Source: Fimbriosthenelais zetlandica (lineage: Eukaryota). Taken from it: 64,000 nt of DNA. Position numbers and translations under genes: made by a program. This document shows positions 24,257 through 38,245 of the stretch, piece by piece. Numbering within the stretch: the first letter of the stretch is position 1; each line of letters begins with the position of its first letter. Under the pieces are notes generated by a model. The model was not told the origin of the DNA. It saw only the letters and a program-made list of their open reading frames with translations, and made no database searches. The stretch covers positions 17,918,001-17,982,000 of the forward strand of contig OZ365114.1 in assembly GCA_977030845.1 (NCBI GenBank), read 5' to 3'.

Positions 24257-27200
24257 CGGCAACAACTGTGACAAAGGACCTGCAGAATCATGGGGAAGAA
24301 TTACTACATTCAAGCAGAATAAGAAACACTTTGATAGTAGTATAGAGTACAACCATATCTAGTATTTATAAAGGTATTCTGAGGTAACAACGAAACGATT
24401 ACCAAATGACATTGCTGTATTCTTTGACTAAAGAGGACCAAGCTTTTCTTCTATGCTATCTCATGATATTAAAATTTAAGTGAAATAAATGGTACAATGT
24501 GCCTCATTTAAGTGTAACCACTAACGTCCATCAAAACACCAGATTGCACCTTAACTAGAACCTTTATCAGGAACACTGTCCTGACTTATCCCTCTTTTAA
24601 TAGCTCAATAGTAGGGCGTAATGGGCACAGTTCATTGTCTCTCTAGCTGTAATTACCTTTCCATCAGTGAGTCTTTTTTCTAGCTTACTCAGCATGTTTG
24701 GTGTCAGGTGGTTTGAAGATGCAGCTCATACCCTTCACCTGCACACTGGACATATAGCCCTATAACTCCTCCAGGGTGTAGTACTTAAAGAAGCTATAAA
24801 GCCCTCTTTGTAGGCTGCTTGGTGGGAGGAATGGCTTGACTATCGCTGTAGCTAGCCTCAGGTTTTCCTCCATTCACAGACATGCCTGTATTTTCCGTGT
24901 GGCCATGCACTTTTGAAATTATTTAGACCAAAATTGATTGAATTATTTGAAAGGGTCTGAGTTGAGTGCTCTGCTATAATATATTATGTTGACCAATATA
25001 CTGGCCTTATAAGGGCATTTTGAAAAGAGTGAATCCAAAATGGAAGTTTTAAGCAGTAACACTAGCCGCCCTCATAGAGGCATGTGTATGGCTGAATGTA
25101 TTTGTCTCGTGTATGCATTAATCTTTTGTCACTTCGTCAGCTCACAGCACAACCCGCTTTATCCACCACATCAATCTAGTGAGGCAGAAATAACTACATG
25201 GGAGGCATACAAAGGAGTAGCTTTTAGGGTACACACCATATAGATGATATATACCATCAGGAAAAAGCAGTTGCACCCCATGCAAAGACTCGGGAAAAGG
25301 GGTCCAGTTCCTTCTTTTAAAATTGATATAAGGCTAAAAGGATATAACTGGAAGGAACATAATATATTACAAATCTCTGACCCTTTTATGGCATAATCCA
25401 TGTATAGCTTGTAGAACCTGAAGTCCATTATACCACAACGAAGTCATCAATATAAAGCAGACCAACTCTATAGTACAGTTAGAAGGAAGATGGTTGTTCA
25501 GTTTTGGGCAAACACTATTTTACTCACCTTCTTAATGAATACTGATGCATGACATCATGCCTATGGTGGCAGAACATATAATTGTAGACGCTTAACAAAT
25601 TCAAAAGTGTCTTTGCTGAAGTGTTCATGTCAGCTAGTGAGGTGCATGGAATTGACTACCTAGGAGATTTCCATTGTTTTGCACAATCTTTCCATTCATG
25701 ATTAGAAGGTTCCTTTCAATCCGCGTAGATCATTATTGGAATGGAAGAGGTCATGCACTTCAAAAAGAAACATCTTTACTCAACTAAGTTAGGTATAAAC
25801 ACGCAAGCCATGGTTCAAGTCAGGCAAGCTCCCCTGAAAGCTTTCTACAAATATTATAAGATCTTGCATGTGATCTATAGAGCAGCGGGTGTTTATAGTT
25901 TTTCCTTTGCAAAGTGTCTATATATCTTTCACCCTGACTCAATATGAGATCACCTGGGCCTGTTGAAAGTTACTACTAAATCCAAACACGCTTGTCAGGT
26001 CGAAGTGTTATAAATGCAAATATCAGAGAAGTCATCCGAGATGTATAGCCCAGTGTATATGATGATGTTTCTAAAGGTACAGACAGACTTAGCACTCTTC
26101 CTGCTGGATCTAAACATTTAACAAGATGCACATGTAAACCTAGTTATTTCAAACACTTCCGTACAGTGACTGGATTTAAGTATCGCCACATGCTGGAAGG
26201 AAAACTTGGTCATGACTTCAAAATAGACGTGCTTCCTATATCAGTCCCATCCACCCAAAGTTCCTGCAAACAGGGCAACATAGTTTATAGAAGAACCTCC
26301 TCAGATTGCCCATGATAGATGTAATTAAATTACGCTCCTTGGATCTCAATTTCCATTGGGTTTTGATAGGGTGTCTCCCTTAGATAAATATCTCATACAC
26401 CTTGGTAAGGTTTACGTGTCAGCGTGGTTGATTTATGGTGGGTGTTTAGGCTAGCAGCCACCTTATGATTGTAAAAGGGTGGAGAAGCCATTTCCCCCAA
26501 TGTGTTTTCAATGTCTGAGCACTTTAAGATGTTTAACTGAGCAGCGTTGGTCAGAAATCACCCATTAGGCAACAGTCATGATTGCATCTGATGCCCTTCA
26601 GTCTAGCCTGATTACTTCCCATTGCAAGAATCTCCTTCAGACTGACGTATCTTGCGTGGCTTTGTGACTTGCACGGAAGACCCAAGTGAGAAAAGATGGC
26701 AATGAAATTGCTCGTGGGACAGGCAGTGGAGACCATTTGCTTACAGAATGTCACAAACCAGACTCCGCCTTGTTTTTGTTCCTGCTATTAAATGCTGTCC
26801 ACTGTATGGGCGCTTTGCCTAGGTGGCAGTGGTCTTAGGTGCTCCATCAGTGAAAGGCTATTTTCCCAGTCTTTTGCCTGCCAGGAGGCACAAATCCCAG
26901 TCCCACATTAGGTGATTGAGTGTGGTATCAATGGTGAATAGATCATGTAGTCAGGCTATATCACTGCGCAGGGATTGTAAGGTTCAGAGATAGAGATGCG
27001 GGCTGGGGTATGAAAGAAATTTAGCAAAAAGAGCCTTCAAAGCCTTTGGTAGGCATTCTTCTGAGGGCAGATAAGACTAATTGATATGAAACCTTGGGAA
27101 ATAGTGTTCTGAGTGTGACCACAAACTTCAAGATGAACATTATCAAGGAAACCAGCACATATACTGGAGATGTATTATTGATTGGCCAGAAGAAATGTCA

Positions 27201-30200
27201 TAACAAGCTTTAGACATAGTCAGCCACCACCAGTGGTTGGCCTAAGTTAAACTTTTAGCAGAAAGCCTTATAGGGAAAAAACAGGATCTCCGTGGCAGAA
27301 AGAGTGTCACTTTACTTCCTGAGAACCACTTGGATGTAAGCCTCCTGACCTTGCTTTTTCCATCACAAGCAGAGAAGTATATGACCTGGCATTTTCAATT
27401 GATACTTAAATTGCTTCTGCATGCATGCAACATCTCTGCTACCTCATGTTCAGTGTTTCCCTACGCTTTATAAGGATGAACCCTTGGTATTCCTTAATGG
27501 GAAAGGCTTAAGGCTCAGAGGACTTTTATGTACATACACCATTCTGTACTGTAGTCTAAGATGGGATATGAAATTCAATTTGTAAAAGGTGCCTACCCAC
27601 TGTTATATGCGTCTGGGACAAGGGTAATCAATAGCTTTAAAATGTTAGCAGTAAAACCTGGTGGACGTTTTTAATAGCCATGCAGCAAATGGCAGTCTCT
27701 GATCAAAGATGAGATGTCTTCAAAGTCAATGCTTGCTTTTAATGGCACCGATCCTTAATTCACTTTCAAAGGGATCTGCTATTTCTTATCAAAGCTTCTT
27801 CCTTATCAAACTCTTATACGTCCATAGCATTTTGATGTTAGCTGCAACAGACTCTTTTCTTCCCTCCGGGGGTATTGTGTACTTGCATTCATATTAGAAT
27901 ATTTCTTCTGCGCTGTTGTACTTTTTATATTAGTCTCCTTTGAAATATGATAAATTAATATGACAAATTGGATACAAATTAGATGTACACCATCTTTTGT
28001 TCAGTTCTAACGGATCTATTGGCCTTTAATATTTGATTCAAGATGGGATATAAACTTTCACAAAGAATGGTGCATGCAAAGAATGGTGTAGATTTCCATG
28101 TAAACGTCTAATAACGTGGAAGATTATATAATCGAAGGCTACTGATAGGCTTCAATCCCACGAGTCCAAAATACTACACCTAAGTGGTCTTCATTATCGC
28201 AAAAATGATGAACACTTTTATAACTACAAAGCAAAACTGTGAAACAGGACCGCAGACACGAGTAAATACTTGAATACATGCCAAAGCATACTCTATAATG
28301 GAAACCATTACTAGAATGTGTACAACAGAAAGATCACGAGAGGCGGAACAGAAGGCAGGGAGAAGGGAGCATATGGAGGCATTCTCTCTCCCAGTCTCTG
28401 AATTATTTAGCACCAGTCCCCCTTGTCCTGCGATAGGTGCAGTAAAATATGAATGTGGGAACTGGTAAATAGTCACACTGCTTGAACAAGCTATGTGCTC
28501 CCTTCCCACACACAACTAAAAACAAATGTTTCTTTAAAGTTCAATGGACAATTATGCGTGCTGAAACAAGTGCGGAGTTTGGGATCAGTAAAGCAGTTGC
28601 CTAACCTAAATTTAACCTGAGTAGGGTGTCGACTTTTGCTTGACTGGAGTCATGACATGCCTGGAGTCAGTGGTAAAAGCATTAATGTTTCACATTGGCC
28701 ACAGCTGGGATCTGTGTACTTGTTGAAGTAGCACTTCCTGTATCTAACACCTCGTTCTCAATCTGCTCTTACAGTTCCCTATGGACCTGATTCTATATTT
28801 CTATCAGAGCTCTTCAGGTTGAATGACTTCTATAAAGTGTTTTCTACTCTATCAAACCCCCTTGCCTTCTATATCAATATTACATCAGATACTTGATTGA
28901 TCCTCAAATTCCCCTCGGATGCTAGATAACCCATGATATGGATCCCAGTAGTACAAATATATAGACTATATCACAATTACAGGGAAGCAATCTTTTAGAC
29001 TTAACTTTGGGGCAGACATTCACATATTTTGAAATGGTCCATGCGATAAGAACACTACGGATGATAAGATGTGAGAAAATTACAATTACTCTCAAGTTAA
29101 TCTATACTTGCATTCTTAAATGATCAATACATTTTAGTCTATTGATTTAACTAAATATTCATGTCAATTCGGAAAAGGCGTCTGTGGTACAAGTGAATCC
29201 TGCGTGTTGCATGTTCATGTTTAGCATGTATACATGTATCTACCCCTGATAGCATGATGCATGGCAGCGGGGGAGCAGCAGCCTGCATGACAGCTAGACG
29301 ATTAAGCTCATATATATGACTTGGTAAACCTTTGGCAGAATTAAACAATGGGATAATATGGATGGCTCCTTAAAGTTGCAATGAAACAAGTCTTGGGTGA
29401 AATTATCAGGCCATACTAAACATCCGGCCATCCGATGATGCCGCCCTCACATTGAGACCATTTCATTGAGAAATAAGCAATCAAAACCATCTAAAATCTT
29501 ACAAATGATAAGTGAGACTGAACCTGATTGGACAGTAATGAATTTACTGGTATATTCATGTCATATAAAATTTGGTGTGGACGGTATCGATCTAGGGCTA
29601 TGAAGGCCAACATGGTGTTTTGTTTTGTATGCTGTTTTCATGTAAACAATCTCGTCCAACATCTATTAGTCATACTTCAATAGGTAAGCAATACATCCAC
29701 ACATATTGTTTCCTTTCATATTGATGGTTGATATTAGCCAACAAAATAGGATCAATAAATTTCACCCAAGTCTTGTGTCATGGCAATTTAGTAAAAGAGG
29801 AAGTTCAGAAATTTCTTTCAAAGCTTGCACCTCACAGAAGAGGACTCAAGCGTTAACGCCCATTGTTGTATGCATGGTGTAATCATTTATCTTCATGTAT
29901 ATCTATGACTATTTTAATGCATTGACATGAATTAATGAATACAAATCGCCAAAGTCGGTCATAAACATCATAAATGTTAAATCCTCTAGCTCGTTCACTA
30001 CTAGAGCATGTGGTTGATTTAATGGCCGACCTGTACTATTCACTATGACAATAGGTCTTGTTACATGCCGTTTTTCATCATCAAAAATCTCATCATCCAT
30101 TCATATCTATTCTTACAATGTTGTTTCGATGATCATAGATTTGCACGTAGTACCACATGTCTCTGTCGGGAACCTATGTTATGCATACAAAGAATTCTTC

Positions 30201-31340
30201 TTAGATCTGTGTGATATGATACTGGCTGTTGTTGCGATATGAAAGACCTATTTAGATTTGACAATTCTTTTTGTTGATCTAAATACAAGTTACTGATTCT
30301 GACCTTATCACTATTATATATACTGCATACAATAAACGGGTTTTACTCGCAGCACTAAGTATAGTTTCATTATTCAACCTTCCTGGAATGGGATTGATGG
30401 TGCATTTCCAAAAGCATCTGTTAGGATGAAGAGTACCTTTCAGCACCACCTCAATAGCTTGGCCATGCATCTCTCTTCATAACATAGAACATTCATTTCC
30501 CAAATGCATCCATTGCTTATACAGAGGTGGAGGAGTATCAGGCTATTCATATGTGTTTGCGTAAATGTACGCACACAGGCAATGATAAGAGATTGTATGG
30601 AGGGATCTACCCATTGCCATGCTAACTACAAAGGCCGAGTCTGTGTATACCATATACCTGTGAATGCAATTGTTCCCAAACATTGTAGAAAATCATCATA
30701 CTCTATCAAGCATGGGTAAAAGTATGAGAGTATCTTGAGTGAGGCCAATCATATATACTAGCCTATAAAATCGCCATTCGAGGCGAGTCTTAAACAATAT
30801 TATTTAGTCCTGAATGCATGGTTGACTTACTTAGAGATAGTCCATTAAATAACTATAAATTATTTGCCATAATTCCAACACATAATATATAAAGGACATT
30901 AAGATTCAAATATTAAACACTACACAATATGGCTCATGACCTTTTAGGTCTATCGAAGTAAAGTGCCTATACTGAACTGTCATATTTGTTTGTATAATGC
31001 AAGGGGACACTCTTTATAAAAGCTTAGGCGGAGAATTGAAACTAAAATAATCATTATTGTAGCACTGATTATGCCTCAGAGCACATCGTTTGTGAACTTA
31101 TGAACATTAATATTAAATGTCAGTATCAGGTATTATTGATAGCTTCTATCGATGCCGTCCATTCACGCTATTAAAAAGCTTGACTAACGTTAGTCTTTGG
31201 GGCCATTAAAAATTCACTTCGGTGATACCTATCACCAGTAATAGGGCATCTCACCAATTCACGTCTATATTCTATGAGAGCAGCAGGAGATTGCTTATGA
31301 CACAATGGTTGGTTGGCAACCTATCACAATCTCTTGTGGT

Positions 31341-31413
31341 CAGGGGCCTGTTTCAAAAGGAATATTAGAAATGCTAAGTCTATGACTAATATTCCACTTG
31401 AAACAGGCTCCTG
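31341..31413 (+). mobile_element. 73-bp palindromic mini-element (MITE-like), best-preserved copy
   Basis: Left arm CAGGGGCCTGTTTCAAAAGGAATATTAG vs reverse complement of the right arm CAGGAGCCTGTTTCAAGTGGAATATTAG (25/28 identical), with a 17-nt centre; three further copies occur in the window. Confidence 0.9.
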
Positions 31414-34400
31414 TTCTTACCTGGCGCTTGAAGTCTTTTGAGCCTTGGAGCTAAATTTTGAAAGCAACACCATAAAACTAGTCTATGTAGCCTATACGAT
31501 GGTATATATTGAAACACGAACACAGCTCTGGAGAAGAAAGAGGTGTCAGTGGAAAGGGGTATGCACTTGGATTGGGGTTTCTAAAGTGTCTAAAAGAGAA
31601 GGAAGGACAGATTCTACTCATATGGGACATGACTATACAGGTACTCAGGTTTAGTGTTGAATTTATCCACATTCCTTTCAAAGCAATATCGGCTGCAACT
31701 GCTGTAGTGGATCAGCATAAATATGGACATGAGGGCAAGAGGAATCGAGGAACGGTAGTTTGTTCTCTTTTGGGATGTCCATTTTGAGGGCTACACTTTG
31801 GAGTAGAAGTGTGGATATATTAGGGTAGTTCAACTTTAAAACACTACAGCGTGTATTACCATCTAGAAGAAGGGAAGCAGACAGTTTCAGAAAGCTTGTA
31901 CAAGTACACCAGGATTGGGGGTTTCTACAGCAACATAGGGAGAAGGAAGGATAGTCTACCCACCTGGGGCATGACTATGTACTCGTAGGTGTAGGAGTGA
32001 GTGTGTCTTGCGGGCACCGAACGGGCACCGACTGCTGGGGGATAGGGGACCAAGAATCCGCACAGTCCCACCTAGAGCCGAGCAGCAATCACAAAAAGAC
32101 TGTATCAGCATACAACAAAGTAACATTATGTTGGGACCTTTAAGGGTGAAGCTCCCTCTAAGAAACACCATGTCAGCTGATATGCTCAACTACACATACA
32201 ATATCTTAATATGACTGACACACGTATAAAATTATATGAATGATGGTTGATGGCAAAGCAATACTCAAAATAGGACAACGAATAGACTGACTATCCCCCT
32301 ATAGAAGTATCAGCCAGCATCCCAAGATAATAAGTAGAGTCTAAGCTGACGTTATATATACAGGCTATAGATTAATTAACTAAGTGGTGGATGTCTATAC
32401 TTATGCATAGGATTCATCCCTCTTAAGTCTAGAGACACTATACCCTCCTTGATGCCTGTCTCTAGTGAGGCTGGTGTATATATGGAGACCTCATAAAAGG
32501 CCCTTGTACTTGAAGATTCAGCTCAAGGGTGTTGGTACTACTACCTTGTTCATTTCTACACTCTTCTATGTGTCTGGCCCTCAAATTGACCTATCATTTA
32601 TTAAGCAGGGCTTCAGGTACTAAGAGGATTTGCATCTTGGCAGTTCTGGTTCACTCAAGTAATCACCTTGTCAGAGATGTCGAAGACAGTGGGAAGATTT
32701 TTTGCTCTTTAGGTTAAGGAACCAAATAAGTGATTTTCCCATCTCTAAATTATCAAATTAAAATGAAGGAAATGAAATCTCAGAGGAGAAGGATCGACTT
32801 TAATGTTTTCCCAAGCAAACTTCTCTGACATGGCCAGAATTCATTATCAGGCTTTTGCATACAACAGTTTGGCAACTGGAGACCCCGATATAACATGCAT
32901 GGTAGGCCATTTCCAAGGTAGTCCCAAGCGACTGGAAAGACACCTTCTTTATTTTAGCCTTAGGTCTACATTTAAAACGGTCAGTCATTATCATGTTAGC
33001 CTGGACCTGAAGCCATTCTCTGGGCCTCATCAGAAAGCAGAAGAGAATAGATAAGGTCAAGCTGTACTCCGGCTCAAGCAAGAAAGGCATTTACTTGCTT
33101 ATTGTCTGAAGAGTGTTCATGAATACCGATGGACTCTGGGTGTTTACACTTGACTGTTCCACCGGAAAATGAAGCTAAGGCTCTTAGTGGATTGCTGTGG
33201 CCAGTTTACATTGCCATTGGACTCTAAGTGCAGTCTTTAAAATGTTGCTTCAAGTATCACACACTTTTACACGTATTTGAGGCGATTTAATTCCAAAATG
33301 ATGACCTGTCACTCTCCCAAGTAGCTCTCTGCCCAATGAACGGACTGGGACCATGTATTGTGTTGGATCTGATGTCCAAATAATGACCTGAAACCATATA
33401 TTTAATTTCATTATAGTGCATCAGGTGGCTGGTCCTTACCAACAGAAATAGATTTGTCTATTTCCCATTAAACTGTTCAGAGGCGAATCGGTTTTTTGGT
33501 CAATAGATTTATCACCCATCCTTTATCGCCACAAATCTAATATTAACTTAAGGGAATGCCCAAGGGTCAACACTATAATGTACACACATCCTTGTCCAGC
33601 TACCATATATGCAGGATTCCTTTTTGAGACTGCAGTCTCCACAGAGGAGTTTGTTGGTGGCCAAGTCTCCACTTGCTGCTACTTTGGCACAAATGATATC
33701 ATCTGGCCTGAAGTGATATCCCACCTACTTGTGAAAACCATTTCCACTTGCCAGTCACATTTTAAGGGGATCATATCTGAATATCCCAGAGAAGCTGACA
33801 AAGGACATGGAGGGGACCCTACCCATAATAGAAAGTATGATAAGGAGCTAGCAATGGGCTCTTATGGGCTACAAAAACCAATCAGCTTGACCCCTAACCT
33901 ATGCTGGAGGGCCGAGGTCCCGGCAAAATCAAATCTGGTTTTCAAGCCTGCACATAGTCCACCAACCACCCCAACCAGCTTTAGTGAGTGCCATTTCCAC
34001 AGTCAGCTATAATAGCTCGGAGAGGGAGATTTGTTATTCCCATCAGCAGTACTCAGCTTTGCAGGGTGCCAACGTTTGCCCTGTTCATCTCCACACAAAT
34101 GGACATTTGATATGTCTTAAAGAAGAGATTTATGTGCTGGATAGATCCTTGATGGCAGCTGAGGACAATCTTGTATTCAGTTGAGGGAAAAGTCTTCCAG
34201 GTATGAGTGGAAACTGGATCACCTGCAGGGTGGTGGCACTAAAATGGTTTCAGGACCATATAGGAGCAGTCGATAAAGTGTTGGGGAAGGGGCACTGGGC
34301 TGGTGGGTGAGCACACTCTCAGTCTGATGCCTCCGAGCATACAATATCGCATCCAAATGGCCCCAACGGGCTAATGTTATGCACCGTGAGATTCAGATAC

Positions 34401-36719
34401 AGCTCAGCTCCAGCAATCATATGGCAATATTTATCATTGACATTGGACGAGCATCTTGGGTTTTCTACTATAGGTGTGATGTGTCCTTGGACCATATATA
34501 GATGGCCTCCAGCATGCTCCGGAAGATAACCATGCCCTTATAAATACTTTATTACTTCGTCAGACCTAGAAACGGAAGAAGTTTCCAATAGAGACGAGAA
34601 GCTAGGGCGAGAGAACTGATCTGTATATTAAAAATTACATTTATATCCCGTCATATATAGTTTGTATTCGTATGAATGCCGCACATAGAGAATACTCTGG
34701 CAAGATCCTGTATCGGAGTGATCGAGACAAGATTGTCAACTAATTCATCATAATTATTTGACTTTAAAGTCAATTTAAGTGAAACAAAACGACTTCATGG
34801 ATGAGGGGCTTAAACTATGTCCAGTGTATTGATTTAACGATAAGTCAGTTTCTGTTTTTGTTCTCCCACACAGACAGCAATTGTTTGCGACGGCCTGTAG
34901 GGAGATATGGCATGTGACAGATTAAAAGCCTGGGTGGTGGACATAAAAACGTGTGTATCAAGAAACGTGACATTATTTTAGGTTCTAATGGAGCTGTCGG
35001 AAACCGGAGCCTGCCATCAAGTAAAACCCACATAAGTACACTGATGAACATAACGACTGAGCTTATCATGTGTCTCACCCTTCACCTCTTAGACATTCTC
35101 CAGTTATAAAATCAATCATTTTCCAATTCATTTTATTGAATCACTTAGTGAATAAAGTTGGGGTCAGCATGCATCAAATTTCACTGGTTTACAGCCATAT
35201 ATAGGTGTGTTACGAGACAACCTGAGCTGAATATTTGTCAAAAATGTCTAAAAGCAGGTCACAGAAACATTGTGACAATGATATTTTTCTTTTCGCCAAA
35301 TTGCAAATTGCACGTTATTGGAAACGCGTGAAATATGGTAAAGTGTTGTCCTATAGCATGTAAATAAAAGAGGAACCATACAGGATCCTATGTCAAAAGC
35401 TGAATTGAATCTGGCAATTTCCTAAATGCAGTGTGGTCTGCAATTCTTTGGGCAATAATGGCTCCATGGGGTACGATTACAACTGAAATACAATATCGAA
35501 ATAAAAATAAAATATCAGAGAGGAAATACATCATCTTCTTCAATAGCCATCGATACAAAAGAGCCTATTGATGTGAAAACTACAAGCCATCTTATATTCA
35601 TGAATACGAATTCTATGGTGGCTCTATGGAGTAAGGAACATGCTACAGGGTCAAACAATATTCGATCGATCATTCAATATCTTTCGATTATTTCTCCCAT
35701 TATATATATCCCCACTGTTGCACAAATATGAATAATTGAAAGGAAGTCATACACAGGAGCATCAAATTTTCAGCTCTGTCTGTAAGGACCTCATGTATAG
35801 ATCAAGGTTTCAATTTAACTCTACATAGGAGCGGGATCATAATCAAATAGAAGATAATTTGATAGAATTTGGCCAGCAGAGAATTGTCTCATCGAATGTT
35901 TATGATGCCGAGGATTTGTAATTCATACCATAAACCTCTCATACAGCCATTCTCTTTTCACGAAGAACATTATGTTGGATCCATTTTACATGACATTGGC
36001 CTCCTTAGCAAAATAAGCGAGTGTGCGCCACTGTGCAACGCATACTAAGATATTCATACAGAGATGATGTAAGGCCCTATCTAAGCTAAGAGAAAATTCT
36101 GCCTATTGGCCATAAGCGCTAATTGATACATTGAAAAGCAAATTGACATTAATGTTCGTGGGAATTGGGGAGTTGGGTAAGATACACTGAGGGTGGAACT
36201 GCTTTTAAAATATAGCCTTACTCTTCCAGCATCGTTGCCCAAGCCACACTTAACACTGCTTTACTTGAAAGACGTTGCATGCTTTAAATATTCCTTCATA
36301 CACTTGGAAAATGGAGACAACATTGCCAAACATCGATTTCTCTATAGAGATTATTTGAAGTAGATGGAAAGAGAGAGCAAGATGATAGTTTGTACTCATG
36401 ATATTTGATGAATATGATTTTTTGTCTAGCAGAATTTAAGGTGACGATCTTCTATTTTAAAGCCAAGGCAGTTTTAATACTGAAGCAACGCAATTGCAAG
36501 CAAGCTCCATTATGGGTTATATAAAGGGTGAGAGGTTACATGCTTATTTATAGATAATTATTGTGCATATGATGCTATTTCGTTTTCCTTACATATTATC
36601 CACTTGATTCATTTATGCTCACTCCTATGATGTCCTTCTGCATCTTATTTATATATAAAAGTCTTCGGGAGTGAAAATAATCTCCATAAAACGCTGGTTG
36701 TTAGTCCCATTACATCAAG

Positions 36720-37372
36720 TTTCTTCACGAAGTATGAGCGAAGCATTTTAGCAAAGCCCTCTCAAAAACATCCATCAAAGGAGAATCAAGGCCTAACTCC
36801 ATCAACATGGGATCCACATGTGTACACATGATTAGATTGACACTCTTTAAAGGCAGGAAAGTGTGCGGGGGGCGGGCCGGAAGAGACTTTAAAATAAGAT
36901 CAATCATGGATATTTGTTTGTCATTGCACTCATATCACTTTGGTGCTGTATCATTTAGGCAAATTCCAAGCTCGCCTTTCTCTGGGCACCTAAAAAAGCC
37001 CCGGCGATTAAGTCAGCAAAATCGTGTTCGGAGACGCTAATAGTCTATCACAGCGAATTAACAACAGTTCCATCCTGCTTTAGGGATGGGGATCGATTCC
37101 CTGCAACAGAAAAACAGCCCAAGCTCAGCTGGAGGGACATTTCCAACTAATCTCCTCCAGGGGGATTTATACTGGGTGGGAGGAACAAAAAAATACATTC
37201 TCATATATGAGTCTGTGCCAGACAACATACTCATGTATATCTTTGAGCTGCCCGAGGTTAGGAATCTACAATGTACTGTCAAGCTATACATTCTGGCTTG
37301 TACATCTGTCAGGGTGCTTCTTGGATATGTCTGCTGTCTCCCAGGTCCAAGAATTGCTGAAATTGCTTCCAA
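36720..37372 (-). mobile_element. Decayed LINE RT relic
   Basis: Ordered minus-strand motifs RFLTSG (cf. SFLTxR), VPPAELGLFF (~37141-37112; cf. VPQGSVLGPLLF), TTTGCC-TAA-ATGATACAGCA (~36962-36944; FA(D)DTA with an indel) and ELGLDSPL (cf. DLGVxxDSxL). Confidence 0.45.
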
Positions 37373-38245
37373 GGAAAATTGTAATCGCCTGTACGAGAAG
37401 TATTAACCGATTTTCCACTGCCGTAAATTGCAGGGGGCTGCTTTCTTGGGGCCAAGCTTGGTGAGTGAGTTGGGGACTAGGTTTCTGTTCCAACTACTAT
37501 TCTCTAGTCGTATGATCATACATAATTATGAGACTGCAAAGAAGAGATAAAGAGGTTCTAATGTGGGAGAAGAGAATGATGCCTTGGGATGATACTAGTG
37601 GAGCCAATAGAAAACCTTGATACCACTCATATTCATATATGCCACTTGATTCAAAAAGCTGTCACTCCAGGGCATTGTATACATGCAGTGCAGAACACTG
37701 ATGCATACATGTGGTGCGCATGTGTATTCTAAGATTTTCATCAAGGACCAATTTCAAATTATGACAGATGTTGTATCTATATAATCCTAGTGTCCTACAC
37801 CATGAAACGAATGCCGAGTGATTGATTATAAAGGAATTTGGCCCTGTTATCAGCAGAATGTAGCTGCGATGAAACACCCAACGAAGATGTTGAATACAGA
37901 TTTTAGCGAGGCATAAATTGCCGACTTGAAGGCCATAGAAATGTTTTATTATTAGCCCCCATCTACTACTGATGGCCACATTGACATCCTAATGCCATTT
38001 CTCGAGGCGATTGCGTGTAAGGTATTAGCCTATTAGACAAGACCTTCCACCACCCATGAATTGGCCTCATGAATTTCAACAGCTACACTCTAAAACCCAA
38101 TGCCACTATCACACCCGTCCATCTTTATGAGCTCGCAACGGAAAATGACTCAGAAAACCTTAGTAAAATAATCAAAAACAACTTCTGATATCGACACTAG
38201 TATACCAATGATGAAACATTAGTTCGGTTGCTGATTGTCTTTTAA

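Noticed and set aside
27100-27300. Possible integrase C-terminal relic (AESLIGKK, cf. AELLMGRK)
   Set aside because: Single short resemblance with no DDE or HHCC motifs visible.
32200-33100. Possible Ty3/Gypsy pol relic on the minus strand (PDxxK-like and ADTSxGG-like words)
   Set aside because: Each motif needs several substitutions and frameshifts and no YxDD was found; not supportable by eye.
33578-34012. Longest ORF in the window (144 aa)
   Set aside because: No recognisable domain, no convincing splice or Kozak context; the length is compatible with chance in 64 kb of decayed repeats.
34845-34940. Strong-looking splice acceptor (TTTCTGTTTTTGTTCTCCCACACAG)
   Set aside because: All three frames stop within ~55 nt and there is no good donor.
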